From the NCBI GenBank assembly GCA_963827235.1, contig CAWHAE010000010.1, positions 480,001 to 544,000 on the forward strand: 64,000 nucleotides of DNA. Reading direction: 5' to 3'. Shown here in pieces: positions 9,908 to 19,605 of this stretch. The stretch's first letter is position 1, and every line of letters starts with the position of its first letter. Origin of the DNA: an uncultured bacterium (GTDB lineage Bacteria > Chloroflexota > UBA5177 > JANWHV01). The position numbers and the translations under genes were made by a program. Below the pieces are notes generated by a model. It did not search any database. It saw only the letters and a list, made by a program, of their open reading frames with translations, and was not told the DNA's origin.

Positions 9908-10876
9908 TCATTCTCCCCGTAGGGCTGCAGGGCTGGCTACGTTCGCAACGTCTTCGAGATCGAGGACCACTGCGGGTGCAGTGGGCTTTGCCGTCACCGG
10001 GGCTTCGACGATCGCGGTTCCCCAGGTGACGTACTCCACGATATAATCTTCCCGCTCGCTATCCGAGCCACCGGAGGCGATTCGCCGCAGCGTGTGATCG
10101 AAGTGCACGCCGATCACGCCGTGCGCGCCCACCGTGGCGGCCTGCCGGTGCATGCGCCCGAAGGCATGTTGCTGCGCGTCGTAGATGCTCTGGGTATACT
10201 TCACCACTTCCTGGTTGTACCAGCTGAAGTTTTGCGCCTGGTCCACGTAGCTCGTGTAGATGTAGTACGCGCAGTTGCCGAATACGAGGCTGACGGGCCT
10301 GACGCCTGCCTGCAGCATGGTGCAATACTCCTGCGCCGAGAGCCCGCCGATGAACGGCTCCGCGTGGGTCGGGGCCCCCCGGGCATGGATGGCCGTGCCC
10401 AGTGCCACCACTTCGACCAGGCTTTCTGCCCAGGACGGCTTGCGAATCTCCAGGCGCACGCCAACCACGCCCAGGGCACCCATGCCTCGCGCCTCCTGCT
10501 GCATGCGATCGATAGCCGACGTGGTGGCCGTATACAGCGCCTCGGTCTGGTTGTCCAGCACGCCGGTATAGGTCCAGCCTGTCCAGCCGATGTGGTAGAC
10601 GCAACTACCGGCGACCAGGCCCACCGGCTCGTAGCCGACCTGCCGAGCGATCAGGAATTCGTTGACTGAAAGGTCGCTGCTGAAAAGCGGCACCCCTGCA
10701 CCCGAGGAGATCGCGGCACGGATCTGGCCGACCCGCTCCTGCGCGCGTACGGGCAGCCTGCCGGAGGCGAGCGCTTCCTTGCTCTTCTCCTGAAGCTGGG
10801 CCTCGAGGTCCGCGGCAGCGCGCGCGGCTTCCTTCTGCTGCTTCTCGTCGGCCGATTCTCTGTGGAACAGTGGCAT
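9908..10876 (-). CDS. Tandem YbjQ/UPF0145 domain protein, paralog of the downstream gene
   Basis: FSSDLSVNEF..GLVAGSCVYHIG..RMQQEARGMGALGVVGV, with a second repeat FGNCAYY..GAHGVIGV..WGTAI. Confidence 0.82.
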   Translation of the reverse strand: MPLFHRESADEKQQKEAARAAADLEAQLQEKSKEALASGRLPVRAQERVGQIRAAISSGAGVPLFSSDLSVNEFLIARQVGYEPVGLVAGSCVYHIGWTGWTYTGVLDNQTEALYTATTSAIDRMQQEARGMGALGVVGVRLEIRKPSWAESLVEVVALGTAIHARGAPTHAEPFIGGLSAQEYCTMLQAGVRPVSLVFGNCAYYIYTSYVDQAQNFSWYNQEVVKYTQSIYDAQQHAFGRMHRQAATVGAHGVIGVHFDHTLRRIASGGSDSEREDYIVEYVTWGTAIVEAPVTAKPTAPAVVLDLEDVANVASPAALRGE

Positions 10877-10930
10877 GTCAGCTCAACCTCACCGCTAGGC
10901 AAGTGGGCAGCACCAATCGACCGCCCGTTG

Positions 10931-11302
10931 CTAGGTCAGTAAGCGCTCGAGCGCGGCGCGGGCCTGCGTATTGCGCGCGGCGTGCGCCGCCAGATCCTTT
11001 GCCAGCTCGTCGATCCAGGTCTCAACGCCCAGCTCTTCCGTCTTCAGGGAAATGCCCCGAACCACCTTGGCGCGGGCCGCGCGCAAGCCTCCGTGGCCAC
11101 CGTGCTCGATGCTGTAGCGGTGCTCGCCGAGCTCCAATGTGAGGCGCGAGACCTGTTTCTCCTTCGAGAAGAGACTGCCACGACGCTCCACCTGGCAAAG
11201 GGTCGGCAGTGCGCCGCTGAGCTTCTCCGCCAGCGCGCCGAGGAATGCCTTTGTGTCCGACAGGTCGGCGCGCAGCGAGGAAGCCACGATTTCGAAACCC
11301 AT
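10931..11302 (-). CDS. Conserved hypothetical protein, first gene of the YbjQ run
   Basis: C-terminal 123 aa of ORF 10931-12289 (VASSLRADLSD..LAEKLSGALP..VVRGISLK..WIDEL); the rest of that ORF is antisense to rpiA; the start may be 11347. Confidence 0.75.
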   Translation of the reverse strand: MGFEIVASSLRADLSDTKAFLGALAEKLSGALPTLCQVERRGSLFSKEKQVSRLTLELGEHRYSIEHGGHGGLRAARAKVVRGISLKTEELGVETWIDELAKDLAAHAARNTQARAALERLLT

Positions 11303-11521
11303 GCCGTCGCTAGTCCCGCTCAGATCGTCCAATCGTCCGCTCCCCATGGTGCACATGACTAGAGGCCGTGGCGGAAGCCCGCTCTTTGACGCTCGCGCTG
11401 TGGCCAGTATAAAGCGGCCTCGGGAGCCCGGCAAGCATGTCGAAGGTTTGCCAATGCCGGGTTCGAAGCCGCACGAAGGCACCACGGTAGATGCTACCAT
11501 GGCGCGTGAGGAGGTGAGCAC

Positions 11522-12241
11522 ATGGCAAACAATCCGACGACGTCGCAGTCGGATTCGAAGCGGCGCGCTGCAGCGTACGCGGCTACATTGATCGAGGATC
11601 GCATGGTGGTAGGTCTGGGTTCGGGCTCGACGGCCCGACTGTTCGTCGAATCTCTCATCGAACGTGTTCGCGGCGGTCTGAGTATACGAGGCGTGGCAAC
11701 GTCCGAAGCGACGGCAGCGCAGGCTCGCGACGGTGGCATCCCTCTCGGGTCTCTCGAGGAGTATCCGAGCCTGGATATCGTCGTGGACGGCGCCGACGAG
11801 GTCGATCCGAAGTTGAACCTGATCAAGGGACTTGGCGGAGCACTGCTGAGAGAGAAGATCGTCGCCTCGTCGACCGGCCGGCTGGTGATCATGGTGGACG
11901 AGCACAAGCTGGTTCCCCGTCTCGGCGACCACTCTCCGGTGCCTGTCGAGGTGGTCACGTTCGGCTGGACGCGCGTGGACGCCGAGCTGCGTGCCCTGGG
12001 CTCCCGCCCGGAAAGGCGTATGGCAGGAGGGCAGCCGTTCTTGACCGACGGAGGACACTACATACTGGATTGCTGGTTCGATAGCTCTGTAAACCTCCTC
12101 GACGTAGCCGCAGCCATCAAGGCGCTGACCGGCGTGGTCGAGCACGGTCTGTTTCCCGGGATGGCACGACAGGTGCTGGTGGGGACCGCAGCCGGGGTCG
12201 ATCTGATCGATCATTCGGGCCGAACGTCGATCGCTAGTTGA
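11522..12241 (+). CDS. rpiA: Ribose-5-phosphate isomerase A
   Basis: GLGSGSTA, DGADEVD, LIKGLGGALLREK, GVVEHGLF; GAGGAGG RBS. Confidence 0.97.
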   Translation: MANNPTTSQSDSKRRAAAYAATLIEDRMVVGLGSGSTARLFVESLIERVRGGLSIRGVATSEATAAQARDGGIPLGSLEEYPSLDIVVDGADEVDPKLNLIKGLGGALLREKIVASSTGRLVIMVDEHKLVPRLGDHSPVPVEVVTFGWTRVDAELRALGSRPERRMAGGQPFLTDGGHYILDCWFDSSVNLLDVAAAIKALTGVVEHGLFPGMARQVLVGTAAGVDLIDHSGRTSIAS

Positions 12242-12887
12242 GCTCGACCGTCTCTCCAGTGACGATGTAGACCACGGTCTCCATGACATTGGCCATGTGA
12301 TCCGCGATGCGCTCGAGATCGCGAGCTACGAAGAGCGTGTACGTGGCTCGCGCGATCAAGGTCGAATCTTCGACCATTTCGGTCAGCAGCTCGCGAAAAA
12401 GGTGGCTATAGGCGACGTCCACGCCGTCATCGATCTGGCAGACGGCACGCGCGAGGTCGACGTCGGTGTCCGCATAGCTGCGCAGCCCGTCTCGCAGCAT
12501 CAGCTGGACCTGGTCAATGATCTGCTCAAGGTCGCCCTGGTCGCCAAGCTGCGGCGGAGCGGCAAGCCGCAGCACCGAGTTGGCGATCGCAGCGGCGTGG
12601 TCGCCGATGCGCTCGAAGCTTGCCGCTACGCGCGATACGCCGAGGATGCGCCGAAGATCGGAGGCTACCGGTGCCTGCAACATCAGGAGCACGCTCGCGT
12701 CGTCGAGGATCTGGCGCTCCATACGATTGATGCCGGCATCCTCTTCGACGACGCGTTGCGCGAGAACCGGGTCGTAACTGGAGAATGCTTGCACAGCCTG
12801 CCGCACAGCCGTAGCCGCCTGCTCGCCGAGGACGGCCGTGGCAGCGCTCAACGCGTGCAGCTGCTGGCCAAAGCGTTCACGTGTCAA
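12234..12887 (-). CDS. phoU: Phosphate signalling complex protein PhoU
   Basis: QAPVASDLR, FERIGDHA, DDGVD, LERIADH; follows pstB. Confidence 0.95.
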   Translation of the reverse strand: MTRERFGQQLHALSAATAVLGEQAATAVRQAVQAFSSYDPVLAQRVVEEDAGINRMERQILDDASVLLMLQAPVASDLRRILGVSRVAASFERIGDHAAAIANSVLRLAAPPQLGDQGDLEQIIDQVQLMLRDGLRSYADTDVDLARAVCQIDDGVDVAYSHLFRELLTEMVEDSTLIARATYTLFVARDLERIADHMANVMETVVYIVTGETVELN

Positions 12888-12916
12888 TGGTTCCCCCTTG
12901 CCGTTGCGGGCGGCAC

Positions 12917-13738
12917 TTAACCGAAGCGCCCGGTGACGTAATCTTCTGTGCGCTTGTCCGAGGGGTTGCTGAATATGGTCTTGGTCGGACCCTCTTCAAC
13001 CAGAATACCCGTCCGATCTTCCATGTCGACCAGCATGAATGCGGTCCGATCGGAGACGCGGGTAGCCTGCTGCATGTTGTGCGTCACGATCACGATGGTG
13101 TAGCTGCTCCGGAGATCCGCGATCAGCTCTTCGACTTTGAGCGTGGCGATCGGGTCCAGCGCGGAGCAGGGCTCGTCCATCAGAATGACCTCGGGCTCGA
13201 CGGCCAGGGCACGGGCGATGCACAGGCGCTGCTGCTGGCCGCCCGAGAGGGCTGTCGCGGGCGACTTGAGGCGATCCTTCACTTCGTCCCAGATCGCCGC
13301 GTCGCGGAGCGACTTCTCCACGATCTCGGCGAGCTGGCGCCCGGCTCGCCGACCGGTCAACCGAATGCCCGCCGTCACGTTGTCCTGTATCGACATGGTC
13401 GGAAATGGATTTGGCCGTTGAAACACCATGCCGACGCGCCTGCGTACCAGCACCGCGTCGGCGGTGGAGGCGTATATGTCCTCGCCGTCCAGCAGGACGC
13501 GGCCTGTCACGCGGGCTCCCGGAATAACTTCGTGCATGCGATTGAGGCAGCGCAGCAGCGTCGACTTTCCGCAACCGGAAGGACCGATGATCGCGGTCAC
13601 GCTGCCGGGCTCGATCCTCAACGTAACGTCCTTCACCGCGTGCTTACTGCCGTAGAAGGCATGCAGCGACTCCAGGAACATGGCCTTCGTGGATTGGCCG
13701 GTCTCATTGTGTGCTCGTGGCTCCACTGCTGCCGACAT
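12917..13738 (-). CDS. pstB: Phosphate ABC transporter ATP-binding protein
   Basis: [49 protein letters not shown]. Confidence 0.97.
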   Translation of the reverse strand: MSAAVEPRAHNETGQSTKAMFLESLHAFYGSKHAVKDVTLRIEPGSVTAIIGPSGCGKSTLLRCLNRMHEVIPGARVTGRVLLDGEDIYASTADAVLVRRRVGMVFQRPNPFPTMSIQDNVTAGIRLTGRRAGRQLAEIVEKSLRDAAIWDEVKDRLKSPATALSGGQQQRLCIARALAVEPEVILMDEPCSALDPIATLKVEELIADLRSSYTIVIVTHNMQQATRVSDRTAFMLVDMEDRTGILVEEGPTKTIFSNPSDKRTEDYVTGRFG

Positions 13739-13744
13739 AACTCC

Positions 13745-14629
13745 CTATCTCCCGGACCTTCGCGCGGCAATCAGCCGGGCACCCAGATTCAAGGCGACGA
13801 CGAAGAAGAACAGCAGGAGTACCCCGGCATAGGCGAGCGGGTAGTCGGTCGAGGGATCCTGCGAGTTAATAAAGTTCTGGTAGATTTGCAGCGGCAGTGC
13901 AGGTGACGGCTGGGACCAATTCACGAAGCCATTCTGGTTGCCGTATGCCGTGAAGATAAGCGGCGCCGTCTCGCCGGCCACGCGGGCAATTCCCAGAATG
14001 ACGCCCGTGATGATCCCGCTCATAGCGGTCGGTACGATGATGGTGACGATCGTGCGCCAGCGGCTAACGCCCAGGGCGAGACCTGCCTCCCGCAGCGTAT
14101 CCGGTACCAGGCGAACCACGGCCTCGGTGGAGCGTGAGACCGTGGGGAACATGAGCAGGCCGAGCGCGAAGCCGCCGGCCAGGGCCGTGTAGTGGCCGAG
14201 CGTGAGCACGATCACGCTGTAGGCCACGATGCCGGCCACGATACTGGGCAGGCCGGCGAGCACGTCTGCCACGAAGCGCACGAGGTCGCCGAATCGGTTC
14301 CGGCCGTATTCCGCAAGGTAGATGCCCGACATCAGTCCAATCGGCAATCCCACGCAGCACGAGAGCGCCACCAGGATGACGGTGCCCTTGAATCCATCCT
14401 CGAGCGTGCCCTGGGCAGTGGACTGCTCCGTGAACACGTCGGGAAAGTGCCCGAACAGTGCCGACCAGCCCTGCTGGACGACATAAATCCCGACCCAGAA
14501 CAGGGGAACCAGGGCTATCACGGCGCATAGCACCAGGAGGCCAGTAGCCACCCGGTTGACCAGCAGCCGTCGCCGGTAGTTACGCGTCAGGCTCGAGGCG
14601 CGCAGCGCGGGACTTGCACTGGCCATCAC
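13745..14629 (-). CDS. pstA: Phosphate ABC transporter permease PstA
   Basis: GIYLAEY, GLPSIVAG, LREAGLALG, ARVAGETAPL. Confidence 0.95.
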   Translation of the reverse strand: MMASASPALRASSLTRNYRRRLLVNRVATGLLVLCAVIALVPLFWVGIYVVQQGWSALFGHFPDVFTEQSTAQGTLEDGFKGTVILVALSCCVGLPIGLMSGIYLAEYGRNRFGDLVRFVADVLAGLPSIVAGIVAYSVIVLTLGHYTALAGGFALGLLMFPTVSRSTEAVVRLVPDTLREAGLALGVSRWRTIVTIIVPTAMSGIITGVILGIARVAGETAPLIFTAYGNQNGFVNWSQPSPALPLQIYQNFINSQDPSTDYPLAYAGVLLLFFFVVALNLGARLIAARRSGR

Positions 14630-15600
14630 TTAACCTCCGCGGCGCCGTGCGAGACCGACCATACCAGCAGCCGGGCAAGCACATTCAGCAGGACCGACAC
14701 CAGGAGCAGGATCATGCCGAGTTCGAACAGAGCTGAGAGCTCCAACCCTGTCGCATCGCCCAGGCTGTTGGCGATCTTGCTGGCCAGGGTGTCGGCGCTG
14801 TGGAAGAGGTTGCTGCCCACATAGGCGAAGTTGCCAATAACCATAGTTGCCGCGATGGTCTCTCCTACTGCTCGGCCCATGGCCAGAATCAGGGCTCCAA
14901 TGATGCCGGGGCGAGCGTAGGGGAGTACGGCCATCCAGACCATCTCCCAGCGCGTGGCGCCCAGAGCAAGCATGGCTTCGCGCTGGTTATCCGGCACAAC
15001 CCTGATTACCTCACGCGATATGGCGGCAACGGTGGGAACGATCATCACAGCCAGGACGAGCGAGGCGGTCAGGATCGAACGGCCGGCCCAGTAATCCTGG
15101 GAGAAGAACGGCGTCCAGCCCAGAATGCGCTTGAAAAACGGGTCGACGTCATTCTGCATGAGAGGAATCAGCACGGATATGCCCCACACACCGTATACCA
15201 CGCTTGGTATGGCGGCAAGCAGCTCGACGAGCAGTGCGACCGGAGTGGCGAACCAGCGAGGCAGGTGCAGCTCCACCAGCAGAATGGCAATGCCCACGCC
15301 AACCACACCGGCCATCAATAGAGCGAGGACGGAGGTAATGATGGTGCCGAAGATGAAGGCCTGGGCGCCGAAGCGCTCGTTCAGCGAGGGATTCCAGTCG
15401 GAGCTGGTGAAGAAGCTGACACCGTAGCGGCTGAGGGTGTCGTGCGAGTTGTAGGCCAGCGTTCCGATCATGAGCGCGGCAACGCCGAGCACCGTGAGGG
15501 CGAACAGAACGGTCAGCCCTTCGAAGATGGCGTCTCCGCTGATGAAGCCCTGCCGCCTGTGGGTCGCCGAGCCGGCCCGTGCCATGGTTTTCACGGCCAC
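14626..15600 (-). CDS. pstC: Phosphate ABC transporter permease PstC
   Basis: ELLAAIPSVVYGVWG, REAMLALGATRWE, GRAVGETIA. Confidence 0.95.
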   Translation of the reverse strand: MAVKTMARAGSATHRRQGFISGDAIFEGLTVLFALTVLGVAALMIGTLAYNSHDTLSRYGVSFFTSSDWNPSLNERFGAQAFIFGTIITSVLALLMAGVVGVGIAILLVELHLPRWFATPVALLVELLAAIPSVVYGVWGISVLIPLMQNDVDPFFKRILGWTPFFSQDYWAGRSILTASLVLAVMIVPTVAAISREVIRVVPDNQREAMLALGATRWEMVWMAVLPYARPGIIGALILAMGRAVGETIAATMVIGNFAYVGSNLFHSADTLASKIANSLGDATGLELSALFELGMILLLVSVLLNVLARLLVWSVSHGAAEVK

Positions 15601-15765
15601 CTATCAATCACTCCTAGCGCTCGCTACCGCGCACGCTCGCCGGGACCGGTTCTCCTACAGCTCCGTGAGCAGTGCCTCGCGTGCGTCGAAGCGCCCCGGC
15701 ATCATACCGAGCCGGAGCGCCCCAACGGAGCTACATTCTTAGTCTTAGTGTCGAGTCACTCCTGG

Positions 15766-16878
15766 CTATTTGCCGTTGTAGACCTGCTTGCCGTTCACGG
15801 TGACCGAGAGCAGCTTCTGCTCGTCGAGCTTCACGATGTTTGCGGGCAAAGGTGCGTAGCGCAGATTGCCGGACGAGGCGTAACGCTGCCCATCATGGAT
15901 CGCCCACCACAGGAACTTGACCACACCGGTGGCCATGGTGAGGTCCTTCTGGTGCTGGTGCACAAGGCCCCAGGTGAAACCGCTGATCGGATAGGAGCCG
16001 GCGCCGGGCGCGTTGACTACCACTCCGCGCAGGTCGGAGGGCAGCGCCGGGGCATTCGCGGCATCGGCGGAGGCGCCGGCGACGGAAGGCGAGACGAAGC
16101 TGCCGGCTTTGTTCTTCACGGCGACCGTGGGTAGATTTCGCAGCAGTGCGTATGACAGCTCGACGTAGCCGATGGCGCCCGGAGATTGACTGACGATGGC
16201 GGCCACGCCGGGCGAGCCCTTGCCGCCCTGTCCACTCGGGAAGGTGACCAGCGTACCGGCGCCAACCGTCGACTTGAAGGTATCGCTTACGGCGCTGAGA
16301 TAGTTGGTGGCGATGAACGTGGTGCCGCTACCGTCGGCGCGGTGCACCGGTACGATCGGCATGTTGGGTAGGGTGACTCCGGAGTTGAGCGCAGCGATCG
16401 CCGGATCGGACCAGCTCGTAATCTTGCCCATGTAGATCCCGGCGAGAGTCGTGCCGTCGAGCTTCAGCGTGCCCTGGAGGCCCGGAAGATTGTAGATCAG
16501 CGCGACAGGCCCAAGCGTCAGCGGGATATGGATGATGTCGCCACCGGCAGCCTTGATCTGGTCGTCGGACATGAACGCGTCCGTGCAAGCGAAGTCCAGC
16601 AGGCCCTTGGTGAGGCTTGTGATGCCTGCGCCACTGCCGACTCCCTGGTAGTTAATAGCTACATACTTGTCGACGGTCTGCTGGTAGATGGTCTTCCACT
16701 TGATCATTTCCGGCTGGATGAACGTCGATCCGCCGGCGTTGACGAACAGGGTCGACGTATTCGCCGGCCGTGCCTGCGCCACTGGGGCGGCCACCCCTGC
16801 GATCAACGTGGCGCTGAGACCGGCGGCGATGAACGCTCTGATCAATCGGGCTTTGCTAAGGCTACCAACTACTGACAA
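15766..16878 (-). CDS. pstS: Phosphate ABC transporter substrate-binding protein
   Basis: GGSTF, NYQGVGSGAG, VHRADGSGTT, GAIGYVE, YPISGFTW; TTG start with AGGAGG RBS. Confidence 0.96.
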   Translation of the reverse strand: MSVVGSLSKARLIRAFIAAGLSATLIAGVAAPVAQARPANTSTLFVNAGGSTFIQPEMIKWKTIYQQTVDKYVAINYQGVGSGAGITSLTKGLLDFACTDAFMSDDQIKAAGGDIIHIPLTLGPVALIYNLPGLQGTLKLDGTTLAGIYMGKITSWSDPAIAALNSGVTLPNMPIVPVHRADGSGTTFIATNYLSAVSDTFKSTVGAGTLVTFPSGQGGKGSPGVAAIVSQSPGAIGYVELSYALLRNLPTVAVKNKAGSFVSPSVAGASADAANAPALPSDLRGVVVNAPGAGSYPISGFTWGLVHQHQKDLTMATGVVKFLWWAIHDGQRYASSGNLRYAPLPANIVKLDEQKLLSVTVNGKQVYNGK

Positions 16879-17059
16879 TTGCTTCCTCCTGCACTACACG
16901 TCCGATGCACAAGCGCCCAGACATGCCTCACGTTGCATGGACAAATGCAGGGCACGGAGTGACCCGCTACGTCACCTAGCAGGACACCCATCTCAAGGAC
17001 GCCACCTCGGGCCCGGCACGCAGCCGGCCCTCGTGCACAGCTACACCGTAGCAGTGCCG

Positions 17060-17098
17060 ATTTAAGTCGGCGTTAATGGAATGTTAAGGCTCTGTTAA
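17060..17098 (-). promoter_or_regulatory. Pho-box-like array upstream of pstS
   Basis: TTAA at 17062, 17073, 17084 and 17095 (exact 11-bp period); minus-strand units read TTAACA, TTAACA, TTAACG, TTAAAT. Confidence 0.8.
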
Positions 17099-17282
17099 AT
17101 CTGGCCGGGGTATCGGCAGCAACTCCAGGGGCCCCGTGGCTCCCCTCTGGCTTTGCGCCGAAGCGTCTTCTGCGGTCACCGCGGAGCGCTGGATGCCAAG
17201 GGCGCGCGGCCTCCAGACTCAAGCGGCCGACTCCGGTCCGGTGGAGGCCGGAGCAGTCAAGAGAGCCGTGGAGTCGAGATTC

Positions 17283-17321
17283 TTATACGAGAATTAACAC
17301 AGTCTTAACAGTCCCTTAATG
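17283..17321 (+). promoter_or_regulatory. Pho-box-like array upstream of the divergent response regulator
   Basis: TTATAC 17283, TTAACA 17294, TTAACA 17305, TTAATG 17316 (11-bp period). Confidence 0.75.
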
Positions 17322-17379
17322 GTACGCGTGTAGCCTACAGCACAGGAGTTGCGCAGCCGCTCGCCCTCAGATCCACTGC

Positions 17380-18204
17380 ATGCATGACGACTTCCGCACG
17401 CTTGAGCCGGGAGTCCGCCGGGGCCATGCCTCACGCGACGGCATCCAGGCGGCGTTCGTGGTTGCTCCGGGCTGCTTTGAGGGGAGTTACTCCGTGGTGA
17501 CGTCCGAGGTCGTCCCGGGTCCCGAATGGCGCGTACTTCTCGCCGCGGCGGAGAATATCAGCCTGGTTCCCGTGGTAGAGTATCTGACCGAGGAAGGCTG
17601 CGTCATCACGTCGTTGTGGCCGGCCAACGACCTCGCGCGCCAGATTCGCGTGGTGCTGCCGCGGCTGGTTATAGCAGCGGCACCCAGCCTGCTTGACCTG
17701 CTCGACCTGTGCCGGACCGTGCGGGCTTGCACCTCCGCGCCTTTGGTCGTGGTTGGGCTCGCCGACGTGGAGACCGACGAGGTGCTGAGCCTCGAATACG
17801 GTGCAGACGCCTATCTTCCGCCCAGCTCGTCTCCGCGCCGGCTGCGCGCTCACCTGCAGGCCGTCCTCCGCCGAGCCCGCATCGACGAGCGTGAAGGCTC
17901 TGCCAAGCCCCTCCAGTTTGGGGTACTGCGGATAGACACCGTGCGCCGCCGAGTGTACCGTGGCGATCGCGAGGTAGATCTGTCGCAGAAGGAGTACACG
18001 CTGCTGGCATTTCTGGTCGAGCACGCGGGACGCACGGTGTCCCGACAGGAGCTGGCCGGCTACGTGTGGGGCTCCGGCGGCGCCGGCGAAGGGCGAAGCC
18101 TGGACGTGCACATTCACTGGCTGCGTGAGAAGCTCGAGATCGACGCGGCCAATCCGGAGCACATCCGCACCGTCCGCGGCATCGGTTACTGCTTCGAGCC
18201 CTGA
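17380..18204 (+). CDS. OmpR/PhoB-family response regulator with an atypical (pseudo-) receiver domain
   Basis: Winged HTH LSQKEYTLL..VSRQELA..RSLDVHIHWLREKLE..IRTVRGIGYCF; receiver lacks the acidic pocket, phospho-Asp and Lys; likely start is GTG 17494 after GGGGAG. Confidence 0.88.
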   Translation: MHDDFRTLEPGVRRGHASRDGIQAAFVVAPGCFEGSYSVVTSEVVPGPEWRVLLAAAENISLVPVVEYLTEEGCVITSLWPANDLARQIRVVLPRLVIAAAPSLLDLLDLCRTVRACTSAPLVVVGLADVETDEVLSLEYGADAYLPPSSSPRRLRAHLQAVLRRARIDEREGSAKPLQFGVLRIDTVRRRVYRGDREVDLSQKEYTLLAFLVEHAGRTVSRQELAGYVWGSGGAGEGRSLDVHIHWLREKLEIDAANPEHIRTVRGIGYCFEP

Positions 18205-18424
18205 TTCGAGGCCGCCGGTCGAGCAGGGCAACTGCGACCGGCGGTACTATAGATCAGGTGGTGGCGACCGTCGCCTGTGCCGGGTGCATGCGGCAGACGG
18301 CCCGGAATTCGCCATGCTGCCGGGGCGTGGCCACCGTCGCCGCGCGGCCCCTGGGCCGGGCTTGGCCGACGCGAGATCGATTGGCGCCGTCCAGTACGCG
18401 CTGGAATGACGAGGTAGAGCGAAG

Positions 18425-19411
18425 ATGACCACGGCCGTTCGTACCGCCGTCTCGCCCGACGTAGAACAGCGAAACCCAGGCGTGCCGCTGGACATGAGCC
18501 TGATCACAGCGGTGAGAATCAACCGTAGCGCGGTGGAGCGGCGGGCGGCCACCATGCCGGCCAGGCGGAGCGTCAAGAACAAGTGGCAGGCGGCGTGGCT
18601 TTTGAAGGCCCTGAGCTGCATCGACCTGACGACGCTCAGCGGAGATGATACGCCCGGCACCGTGCGGCGTCTATGCGGCAAGGCCAGGCAGCCCCTGCGC
18701 GAGGACATCGTTCAGGCGCTCGACGTGAGCCGCCTGAACCTGCATGTGGGCGCGGTGTGCGTCTATCACAATCTGGTGGCGCCCGCGGTGGAGTCGTTGC
18801 GCGGATCCGGCGTTCCCGTGGCTGCCGTATCGACCGGATTTCCTGCCGGCCAGAACTCGCTGCCCAACAAACTGGCGGAGATCGCCGGCTCAGTGGCGGA
18901 CGGAGCCAGCGAGATCGACATCGTGATCTCGCGCGCCCATGTGCTCACCGGCGACTGGGAGCGGCTCTACGACGAGGTGAGGCAATTCAGAGCGGCATGT
19001 GGTCCGGCTCACATGAAGACGATTCTGGCCACGGGAGAGCTCGCGAACCTGAAGCAGGTCGCCCAGGCGAGTCTGGTCTGCATGATGGCAGGGGCTGATT
19101 TCATCAAGACCTCCACGGGGAAGGAGCCGGTAAACGCCACGCTGCCGGTCGGGCTCGTCATGGTACGTGCCATTCGCCAGTATCTCGATATCACCGGCCA
19201 GGCGGTCGGCTTCAAGCCGGCCGGCGGCATCAGGTCGGCGAAGTCGGCGCTGGACTGGCTGGCTCTGATGAAGGAGGAGCTGGGACCTCGCTGGCTCGGT
19301 CCAGGCTTGTTCCGTCTCGGTGCGAGCGGCCTCTTGACCGACATAGAGCGCCAGCTCGAACACTTCGTCAGCGGCCGGTACGCGGCGGCACATCGCTTCC
19401 CCATGCCCTGA
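18425..19411 (+). CDS. deoC: Deoxyribose-phosphate aldolase (long type)
   Basis: IDLTTLSGDDT, STGFPAG, GASEIDIVI, GADFIKTSTGK, GFKPAGGI. Confidence 0.95.
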   Translation: MTTAVRTAVSPDVEQRNPGVPLDMSLITAVRINRSAVERRAATMPARRSVKNKWQAAWLLKALSCIDLTTLSGDDTPGTVRRLCGKARQPLREDIVQALDVSRLNLHVGAVCVYHNLVAPAVESLRGSGVPVAAVSTGFPAGQNSLPNKLAEIAGSVADGASEIDIVISRAHVLTGDWERLYDEVRQFRAACGPAHMKTILATGELANLKQVAQASLVCMMAGADFIKTSTGKEPVNATLPVGLVMVRAIRQYLDITGQAVGFKPAGGIRSAKSALDWLALMKEELGPRWLGPGLFRLGASGLLTDIERQLEHFVSGRYAAAHRFPMP

Positions 19412-19605
19412 GCAGGCGCGCTGAAGCCGGGCACGGTTCCAGTCTGCCGGCGGGGTATATTTACAGATGCGGCGATGCTCGATGCAGTCGCTCCATGGCA
19501 GCGCGGGCGCGGTGAAGGCCGGACGAACCACGGATCGTGGCTCGGCTGGTGCGCGCATTCGGGCCGGTTAGTATCCAGGATGTATCGCGGAGGCATAGCA
19601 ACGCA

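Noticed and set aside
11303-12289. N-terminal extension of the 452-aa ORF 10931-12289
   Set aside because: It is antisense to rpiA; only the C-terminal ~123-138 aa look like a real protein.
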